Shown here piece by piece: positions 1-6,301 of a DNA stretch of 10,456 bases. The first letter of the stretch is position 1. Every line of letters starts with the position of its first letter. The DNA comes from a bacterium (GTDB taxonomy: Bacteria > RBG-13-61-14 > DATKZS01), in assembly GCA_046484135.1 (NCBI GenBank), contig JAWOBU010000195.1, positions 1 through 10,456 of the forward strand, in the 5' to 3' direction. Both the position numbers and the translations under genes were made by a program. Under the pieces are notes generated by a model. That model ran no database searches. It was not told where the DNA came from and saw nothing but the letters and a program-made list of their open reading frames with translations.

Positions 1-71
1 TCGCGCCGGAAGCCTTCGAGCCCCTTTATAACCTCCTCTTCGGAGAGACCTTTTTCCGGAATGCTTTTCAC
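1..71 (-). CDS. N-terminal fragment (runs off the left edge) of a probable group II PLP-dependent decarboxylase / sphingosine-1-phosphate-lyase-like protein
   Basis: Not in the ORF track; translated by hand. GTG at 71-69 has an SD-like AGGAGAG (82-76) upstream and reads MKSIPEKGLSEEEVIKGLEGFRR with no stop. 'IPEKGLSEEEV' resembles, from recall, the N-termini of MfnA and bacterial S1P-lyase-like decarboxylases. Only 23 codons are visible, so the product call is tentative. Confidence 0.55.
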   Translation of the reverse strand, partial: MKSIPEKGLSEEEVIKGLEGFRR

Positions 72-126
72 AACACTCTCCTGTTACATGCTTTGTGTTT
101 GGCGGGCCGGCGATACAGCTACTAAA

Positions 127-155
127 AGAGTAAAGAAGACCATGTGGCGGGTCAA
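127..155 (-). promoter_or_regulatory. Putative sigma70 promoter for the leftward gene
   Basis: The minus strand reads TTGACC (155-150), a 17-nt spacer, then TACTCT (132-127), about 55 nt upstream of the GTG at 71. Confidence 0.45.
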
Positions 156-308
156 ACCGGGAAGGGGAGCATTTATAGCGGCGATCAGGTCCGAGAGGAA
201 CAATTTCGGCTCCTGAAAGAAATTGGCGGGTGAGCATAGTCATGAGTGGCGGCCTTACTTTTAGAAAACCGCCCTTTCATGAAGCAGGTCCATGCACTAA
301 CAGCATGA

Positions 309-337
309 TTGACTTGCCCGGCAGGGTACTATAAATT
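309..337 (+). promoter_or_regulatory. Putative sigma70 promoter for the mltD-like gene
   Basis: TTGACT (309-314), a 17-nt spacer, then TAAATT (332-337), within an AT-rich patch that also contains TACTAT and TATAAA. Confidence 0.5.
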
Positions 338-496
338 AGGTTCTATAAGAGTCGGCTTGAAAAGGCGCGCCCGGCAATTGTTTATTAAGAACGCCCCGGA
401 GCGGATATATCAATCGGGGCCCGGCGAAGCGTTAAGGCAAGGGTTTAAAGCGGAAGCAGAGCTTATCGGAAGCTGCCGTCGGTGAGGAAGGCGCTC

Positions 497-3265
497 ATGT
501 TAAAAACCACACTTTTGCGGGCCATACCTGAAGTGGCTGGTCCGGGCGGAAGGTCTTGCCCGCGGTGGCCTGCGTTTTTCGTTTTTCTGGTGTTTTGGTT
601 GCTGCTCGTTCCGGGCTTTTCCTCTTCCCGGCCGTTGTTGCCGGAGGAGGAGGAGTTTCTCAAAAAGGAGCCCGGTCAGTCGGCCCGGTGGGAAGAGTCC
701 TTTGTTTTTCCGGTTCCGGAGGAAGACATCCATGTATGGGACAAGTCTTTTCCGCTTGTCGAGGTCCTCCGCAAGATCTCTTCGCCTGGCTTTCATCTGC
801 CCGCTCCGGACGGCTGCTTTCCGTCTTCGGACGGGTTTTACCTTCCTTTCAACCAGTACGTCAGCACCTACGTAAACTACTATACCAAGCGCTCTCGCCG
901 CTCTTTCCGGCACGGTTATAAAAGGTCGGGGCTTTACGAGCGGATCATTATGCGGGAGATAAAACGGCGGGGCCTTCCGGAGGAGCTTTTATATCTTTGC
1001 ATGAACGAAAGCATGTTCAATCCCCGCGCTATCAGCCCGGCCAACGCCAAGGGACTGTGGCAGTTCATGTACTCGACCGGCCGCAAGTACAACCTGACCA
1101 TCAACTACTGGATAGACGAGCGCTACGACCCGGCAAAAAGCACCCGAGCGGCCATGGAGTACCTGACCGATCTTTACGAGAAGTTCGGCGACTGGCACCT
1201 GGTGGCAGCGGCCTATAACTGCGGGGAGTATCTGCTGAGCAGAAAGCTCCGCCGGACCGGCTGCGAGGACTACTGGTGCCTGGTAGAAAAAGACGCCCTG
1301 CCCTACGAGACCACCCACTACGTTCCCAAGATAGTGGCCATGGCAGTGATAGCCTCGAACCCGGAACGATACGGGTTCTACAACTTAAAGAAGTCCTCTC
1401 CCTATAACTACTCCACGGTAACGGTGGACGACGCCACCGAGCTGGGGCTGGTCGCCGAGCTTACCGGAGTCAGCACCAGCCGGATCAAGGAGTTAAACCC
1501 GGAAATCCTGCGCTTCTGTACTCCGCCCGGCGTCCGAAGATACCGGATCAAGGTGCCGGCCGGAAAAGACGGCGTCTTCAGCCGCAAGTACGCTCGCCTG
1601 TCCCCTGACAAGAGGCACGCATTCAAAAAGCACGAGGTGGAAACCGGACAAAGCCTGCATTCCATAGCCCGCGGCTACGGCACCAGCTATAAGCTGTTGG
1701 CCTCGGTAAACGGCATGTCCACCAAATCGCTCCTCCGGCAGGGCCAGACCCTGACAGTGCCGGTGCCCAAAAACCGAAAGTTCGACCCGGCCTCCCCGAA
1801 GCCGCCCCGGACCCGAAGCCCGGCTGAAAAACGCAGGCACTCGGCCCCCAAAGGAAAGAAGAAGCACATCTACGTGGTGGAGCCCGGCGATACCATGTGG
1901 ACCATAGCCAAGGCCAACGGCATCTCTATCGAGGACTTGAAAGAATGGAACCCGGGCCTTACCAGCGACAACCTCTATTACGGCGACAGGATAGCCATCT
2001 ACTCGAGGCAGAAGCCCAAGTCGCCCCAGAAATCGCAAAAGCCCCAAAAGCGAAAAGGCCCCAGCCGCGAGTTCGCCTACACGGTGCGCAAAGGCGACCG
2101 GTGTTACTACATGGCCCGGCATTACGGTATCACCAGCCGGAACATCATCGAAAAGAACGACCTGGACGAGAACTGCTCCATCCGGCCCGGCCAGGAGCTG
2201 GTCCTGGTGGTGCCCGAAAAAGCGCCCCGGAGCCTGCCGCCCACCGCGGAGGAAGCGCCCCCCCCCAAGTCCGCAGAGGATTATAGTCCGCCGGCGCCGT
2301 CGCTGCCTGCCACGGAAAAAAAGGCGGCCCAGCCGGCTGGAACGGAAAAGGTAACCTATGAAGTAACCGAAGGCGACTGCCTGTGGCTTATCGCAAGGAA
2401 GCATGACTGCCACATGGAACAGGTGCTGGCCTGGAACGGGCTCCCAAAGGATTACACTCCCAAGCCCGGCCAGGAGCTGGTCCTTTACGTGGAACCCGGG
2501 TTTGAATCCCCGGCGCAGGAGTCGCGGCCGGACAAAGAAACACGGAAGTCCTCCGGGTCCCGGACAGAAAACGCGGAAAGCCGCGGCAGCAGGGGGCCTG
2601 CCCTGCGCTACCGGGTCCAACAGGGAGACAACCTGTGGACCGTAGCCAGAGTTCACGACGTGCACGTGAAAGAGATAAAAAAATGGAATGACCTGGAATC
2701 GAACACCCTGCACAAGGGGCAGGTGTTGACCATAAAACCGGGACCCGGCTACGAGTCTGGTCCCGCAAAAAGGGAGGACTCCTCTTCGGAGAGCGCCACG
2801 AAAAAATCGAGTTCCGGCTCCGCTTCGGACACCCGCAAGGTTGTCTACAAAGTCGAGCAGGGCGACTCTTTGTGGGGCATCGCCCGCTACCACGACGTGC
2901 ACGTGGAACAGATACTCTCCTGGAACGACATGAACAAGGAAAACGCTGTCGTCCGGCCGGGCGACACATTGGTGGTCTACGTATCAGAAGACTGGGACCC
3001 GCCGGAGGCCATAACGCCGGCGTCCCCCGTCAAGGACTCGAACAAGAAAAGCCCGGACACGTCTCATAAAAAGGAAAAGAAGGACATCGGCAAGCGGGGC
3101 AAGCCCATTATCTACGTGGTGGAAAAAGGAGACTCGTTGTGGAGCATCGCCAGAAAGCACGACGTGCATATGTGGGAGATCAAAAAGTTAAACGATATGG
3201 AAACCGAAAGCGTGCGGCCGGGACAGAAGCTCGAGATCAAGCCCGGTCCCGGCTATCGGCAGTAA
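497..3265 (+). CDS. mltD: MltD-family lytic murein transglycosylase (SLT domain) with 7 LysM peptidoglycan-binding domains plus one degenerate LysM-like unit
   Basis: SLT motifs: YLCMNES (catalytic Glu codon 1007-1009), AKGLWQFM, DERYDPAKST, FGDWHLVAAAYNCGE, LPYETTHYVPK. LysM repeats of the type Y-x-V-x-x-G-D-x-L-W-x-I-A start at about 1631, 1871, 2078, 2357, 2609, 2846 and 3113. There is a hydrophobic N-terminal segment (FFVFLVFWLLLV). ATG 497 is preferred over GTG 482 because GAGGAAGG (484-491) precedes it. Confidence 0.92.
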   Translation: MLKTTLLRAIPEVAGPGGRSCPRWPAFFVFLVFWLLLVPGFSSSRPLLPEEEEFLKKEPGQSARWEESFVFPVPEEDIHVWDKSFPLVEVLRKISSPGFHLPAPDGCFPSSDGFYLPFNQYVSTYVNYYTKRSRRSFRHGYKRSGLYERIIMREIKRRGLPEELLYLCMNESMFNPRAISPANAKGLWQFMYSTGRKYNLTINYWIDERYDPAKSTRAAMEYLTDLYEKFGDWHLVAAAYNCGEYLLSRKLRRTGCEDYWCLVEKDALPYETTHYVPKIVAMAVIASNPERYGFYNLKKSSPYNYSTVTVDDATELGLVAELTGVSTSRIKELNPEILRFCTPPGVRRYRIKVPAGKDGVFSRKYARLSPDKRHAFKKHEVETGQSLHSIARGYGTSYKLLASVNGMSTKSLLRQGQTLTVPVPKNRKFDPASPKPPRTRSPAEKRRHSAPKGKKKHIYVVEPGDTMWTIAKANGISIEDLKEWNPGLTSDNLYYGDRIAIYSRQKPKSPQKSQKPQKRKGPSREFAYTVRKGDRCYYMARHYGITSRNIIEKNDLDENCSIRPGQELVLVVPEKAPRSLPPTAEEAPPPKSAEDYSPPAPSLPATEKKAAQPAGTEKVTYEVTEGDCLWLIARKHDCHMEQVLAWNGLPKDYTPKPGQELVLYVEPGFESPAQESRPDKETRKSSGSRTENAESRGSRGPALRYRVQQGDNLWTVARVHDVHVKEIKKWNDLESNTLHKGQVLTIKPGPGYESGPAKREDSSSESATKKSSSGSASDTRKVVYKVEQGDSLWGIARYHDVHVEQILSWNDMNKENAVVRPGDTLVVYVSEDWDPPEAITPASPVKDSNKKSPDTSHKKEKKDIGKRGKPIIYVVEKGDSLWSIARKHDVHMWEIKKLNDMETESVRPGQKLEIKPGPGYRQ
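2185..2484 (+). repeat. 21-nt exact direct repeat GCCCGGCCAGGAGCTGGTCCT (2185-2205 and 2464-2484) at the ends of LysM3 and LysM4
   Basis: Read directly from the sequence; both copies encode PGQELVL. Confidence 0.85.
2654..3169 (+). repeat. Intragenic repeat CACGACGTGCA(CGTG) encoding HDVH in LysM5, 6 and 7
   Basis: CACGACGTGCACGTG at 2654-2668 and 2891-2905, and CACGACGTGCAT at 3158-3169. Confidence 0.85.
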
Positions 3266-3266
3266 G

Positions 3267-3286
3267 CCGTCTCCGGAGCGAGACGG
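3267..3286. other. Stem-loop just after the mltD stop (possible mRNA 3' stabiliser or pause site)
   Basis: CCGTCTC-cggagc-GAGACGG, a 7-bp perfect stem. It is followed by A6 on the plus strand, so there is no U-tract downstream on either strand. Confidence 0.5.
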
Positions 3287-3294
3287 AAAAAATC

Positions 3295-3303
3295 TGTTAT
3301 ACT
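3295..3303 (+). promoter_or_regulatory. Putative extended -10 promoter (TGnTATACT) for the DUF374 gene
   Basis: TG-T-TATACT at 3295-3303, followed by SD GAGGAG (3314-3319) and the TTG start at 3329. Confidence 0.5.
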
Positions 3304-3328
3304 TGTTTCGAACGAGGAGAGAAAATTT

Positions 3329-4105
3329 TTGGATACTCACGACAAAGAAGCTCCCGCCCCCCCGCAGAAACCGGCGAAAAAAAAGAAGCGCAGCTTGAAA
3401 AAGCGCATAAGCCGCGGCATGGGCGTTACCCTGGCGCCGCCGGTCGTGAAGTACTGGCTTTATCTTTTCGACTACACCGCGCGCAAGAACAACCAAGAGC
3501 TCCTGACGCTCATAAACCACGAGGAGCTCCAAGAGCGGGTGGGAAGCCGGCAGAACCCCAGCATCATCGCGCTCTGGCACAACCGGCTCATGTTCGGACC
3601 TACCGCCTATAAGTATCTGAAGGGGAGAGGCACTGCCATCATGGTGAGCCGCAGTTTTGACGGGGACATCATCGCCGCCACCCTGAAGAGCTTCAAGGAC
3701 TTCATCGCCGTGCGGGGAGGGTCCGCGTCCAAGGCGGGCACGGACAAGGGAGGCAAGGAAGCGCTCTCGCGTATGATCGAGCTGGCGGGCGAAGGCTATG
3801 ACCTTTGCATCACCCCTGACGGCCCGCAGGGACCGGTGTACGAGGTAAAGCGCGGGATCATTGACCTGGCGCGGACCACCGGCCTGCCTATTTACACGGT
3901 AGGCTGCTCCTGCTCGAAGTGGGTCGAGGCAAAAAGCTGGGACAAGACCAAGCTGCCCCTGCCCTGGACCAGGGTGGTGTACAGGGCTTCCGAACCTATG
4001 TGGATTCCGCAGGACGCGGGCGAAGACCTGATCGAACAAAAGAGGCAGGAGCTGCAAAAGACCATGCTCGATCTTACCGAGTTCGCGGACCACTTCTTTG
4101 ACTGA
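3329..4105 (+). CDS. DUF374-family lysophospholipid acyltransferase-like protein (LpxJ-like; possible lipid A secondary acyltransferase)
   Basis: DUF374/COG2121-type motifs IIALWHNRL, MVSRSFDGDIIA, VRGGS...GGKEAL, ITPDGPQGP, VKRGIIDLA, SWDKTKLPLPW. A good SD precedes the TTG start. Confidence 0.85.
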   Translation: MDTHDKEAPAPPQKPAKKKKRSLKKRISRGMGVTLAPPVVKYWLYLFDYTARKNNQELLTLINHEELQERVGSRQNPSIIALWHNRLMFGPTAYKYLKGRGTAIMVSRSFDGDIIAATLKSFKDFIAVRGGSASKAGTDKGGKEALSRMIELAGEGYDLCITPDGPQGPVYEVKRGIIDLARTTGLPIYTVGCSCSKWVEAKSWDKTKLPLPWTRVVYRASEPMWIPQDAGEDLIEQKRQELQKTMLDLTEFADHFFD

Positions 4106-4161
4106 GCCGCACCTCTTACTCCTTGAACTCAATCACTCCCCCTGAAAGGAGAAGTTCTCTA

Positions 4162-5031
4162 ATGAACGAGACGATTTCCATTGATTACGAAAAGTGCACG
4201 GAATGCGGCCTGTGCGCCCGCGACTGCGTGAGCGGTGTCTATGTTCTTCAAGACGGCAAGCCGGAGATAAAAAACCCGGACTACTGCAACAAGTGCAGCC
4301 ATTGCGTGGCGGTGTGTCCCGCGGAGGCGATTACCCATCACGGTCTTTCCGGCACTCCTGCCCGGCCGGTGGACAGAAAGAAGATAGACGCGAAAAGCTA
4401 TCGCGAGACCGTGCTCTCGCGGCGCAGTGTAAGGCTTTACAAACAGGAGCCGGTGCCGAAAGAGGACATCGAGGACATCCTGGACGTGGCCCGTTACTCA
4501 CCCACCGCCTCTAATACCATGGACGTCGGGTACGTGGTCATAACCGACCCCGATCTTATAGACAAGACCGGCAGAAAGATATTCCGCGAAGGCGAGAAGC
4601 TGATGGAAAGGATACAAAAACGAGGCGGCTGGATTCTGAAAAAGATCGTGAACCTCGCAATGGGCGGAAAAGGGATCGAGCTCTACCTCCAGAGACTGCC
4701 CATGTACAGGCAGTGGCTGGACCAGGGCAGGAACCCGGTAACCCACAATGCCCCCGCCCTCATCATCATTCACGGCCCCAAGAAAGGCAGGTTCGTGCGG
4801 GAGAACTGCGCCATTGCCGCAACCAACATCACCAACTACGCGCATGCCCTGGGCTACGGCACCTGCTACCTGGGGCTGGTGGTCGTTCCCCTGAACCGTA
4901 AGAAAAGCTTGAGCCGAAAGCTGGGCGTGCCCGAAGGCCGCCGGGCCTGCCTGGTCCTGGCCCTCGGCAAACCCGACTTCAAGTACCGGAACATCCCGGT
5001 AAGGCCGCCCGCCCGGGTGTCATGGAGTTGA
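4162..5031 (+). CDS. Nitroreductase-family flavoprotein with an N-terminal 2x[4Fe-4S] ferredoxin domain
   Basis: Ferredoxin motifs CTECGLCARDC and CNKCSHCVAVCP; nitroreductase motifs SRRSVRLYK, ARYSPTASN, HNAPALI, ALGYGTCYLG. ATG 4162 follows SD AAAGGAG (4145-4151) and is preferred over TTG 4123. Confidence 0.9.
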   Translation: MNETISIDYEKCTECGLCARDCVSGVYVLQDGKPEIKNPDYCNKCSHCVAVCPAEAITHHGLSGTPARPVDRKKIDAKSYRETVLSRRSVRLYKQEPVPKEDIEDILDVARYSPTASNTMDVGYVVITDPDLIDKTGRKIFREGEKLMERIQKRGGWILKKIVNLAMGGKGIELYLQRLPMYRQWLDQGRNPVTHNAPALIIIHGPKKGRFVRENCAIAATNITNYAHALGYGTCYLGLVVVPLNRKKSLSRKLGVPEGRRACLVLALGKPDFKYRNIPVRPPARVSWS

Positions 5032-6288
5032 GACAGAGGTTTCCGGCTTCCGGACGGAAAACACGAGAAAGGCGGCCATGAGGTCCAGGACCACAAAGGC
5101 ATAGTAAGCGATATCATAGGACTTACTGACTTCGTAGCTTGCGCTCATGAGCGCGTATCCGATGACCTCGAGCGCCAGGAACAGGGCGAGTAACCTGAAC
5201 ACCGCGGCAAAAGAGGCCCTGCCGAAAAGAAAGGCTATGATCACCGGAAACGTGGACATGACGCCTCCCATGGCGAACCCGAAGATAATGGCGAAGGCCA
5301 TCTGGTAAGGCGCGGACCCGCTTACCAGGCCCACTGCCAGCCCGAGGCCGCACATGCACATGAGAAGCGAGGCCACCCGGCGGGGAGCGTGCCGGTCGCA
5401 CAGCATCCCCCAGAAGTACTTGCCCATGGTCCCGAGAAGAGCGGCCGAGGCCATCATGGCCATGGCCGCGTTGTCGCTGAAGCCGATGTCGCTGAAGCGG
5501 GGCTTGAGCTGCGGCATGACCCCTACTACGCTCATCATGACCAGGGCGTAGGCAAACCCGAGCTTCCAGAAAGCGCCGGTCCGGAAAAGCTCGCGGGGAC
5601 TCCACAGGCGCGACTCGCGGCTCTCGACGCTGACCGTCTCGTGGCTTTGTGGAACAGCATCATCGGCCGGTGCATTGTCCGGAAGAAGACCGTAGTCCTC
5701 GGGCCAGTTCCGAACCACCAGCCACGCAACAGGACCGGCAAGCACGAGCGCGACCCCCAGCCACAAGAACGCGCTCTCCAGGCTGAAGCTCTTCACAAGA
5801 AGCATGGCCAGGACCGGTATCACCGCGCCCGAAAGCGACACCCCGGCAGTGGCCAGACCCAGCGCTTTTCCGCGCTTTATGACGAACCAGTTGTTTACCG
5901 CGGTGTTGGCCACGATCCCTCCCAGGGACATGTTGGCCAGGAAGGTGGCGAGGTACAGAACATAGAACTGCCACATGTGGTCCACGCGGCCGAGGAAGAT
6001 GAAGAAGACTCCGGCGAGCACTCCACCGGCGGTCATCATGATGCGCGGTCCGACCCTGATAAGCAGGGTCCCGTAAAAGAACTGGGCGGCAAAACCGACC
6101 ATGGTCCCCAGCATCAGCGCCAGGTTTATCCCGGCCCGGGTGAATCCCCGCTCGGAGCAGAGCGGCTCCATGAAAGCGTTGTAGATGTAAAAGTTGGTCC
6201 CCACCGACATGAAATGGGCGAAGAAAGCAATGCTTACAATGGACCAGCCGTAAAAGCAGCGGGGGTTTCGGCCGCTTGTTCCGTTCAT
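5020..6288 (-). CDS. MFS transporter (OFA/monocarboxylate-porter-like)
   Basis: 422 aa with about 12 hydrophobic segments in two halves. Motifs FYGWSIV, NWFVIKRGKALGLATAG, WGMLCDRHAPRR (motif A-like) and FGRASFA. Confidence 0.88.
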   Translation of the reverse strand: MNGTSGRNPRCFYGWSIVSIAFFAHFMSVGTNFYIYNAFMEPLCSERGFTRAGINLALMLGTMVGFAAQFFYGTLLIRVGPRIMMTAGGVLAGVFFIFLGRVDHMWQFYVLYLATFLANMSLGGIVANTAVNNWFVIKRGKALGLATAGVSLSGAVIPVLAMLLVKSFSLESAFLWLGVALVLAGPVAWLVVRNWPEDYGLLPDNAPADDAVPQSHETVSVESRESRLWSPRELFRTGAFWKLGFAYALVMMSVVGVMPQLKPRFSDIGFSDNAAMAMMASAALLGTMGKYFWGMLCDRHAPRRVASLLMCMCGLGLAVGLVSGSAPYQMAFAIIFGFAMGGVMSTFPVIIAFLFGRASFAAVFRLLALFLALEVIGYALMSASYEVSKSYDIAYYAFVVLDLMAAFLVFSVRKPETSVSTP

Positions 6289-6301
6289 TATTTACATCTT
6301 G

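Noticed and set aside
145..200. GGTCAAACC...GAAGG as a possible c-di-GMP-I riboswitch
   Set aside because: The second conserved stem and the GCAAA motif are absent, and the segment is better explained as the minus-strand -35 box.
1493..2902. 469-aa minus-strand ORF opposite mltD
   Set aside because: Antisense shadow of a well-supported gene in GC-rich DNA, with no recognisable motifs.
2185..3169. Recurring DNA repeats as a possible CRISPR array
   Set aside because: The repeats are short, in frame, 230-280 nt apart, and explained by LysM domain duplication; no cas genes are present.
3267..3292. Hairpin plus A6 as an intrinsic terminator
   Set aside because: On the plus strand the tail is A-rich, and on the minus strand the U-run precedes the stem, so the geometry is wrong for either direction.
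3188..4132. 314-aa minus-strand ORF opposite the DUF374 gene
   Set aside because: Shadow ORF covering a motif-supported plus-strand gene.
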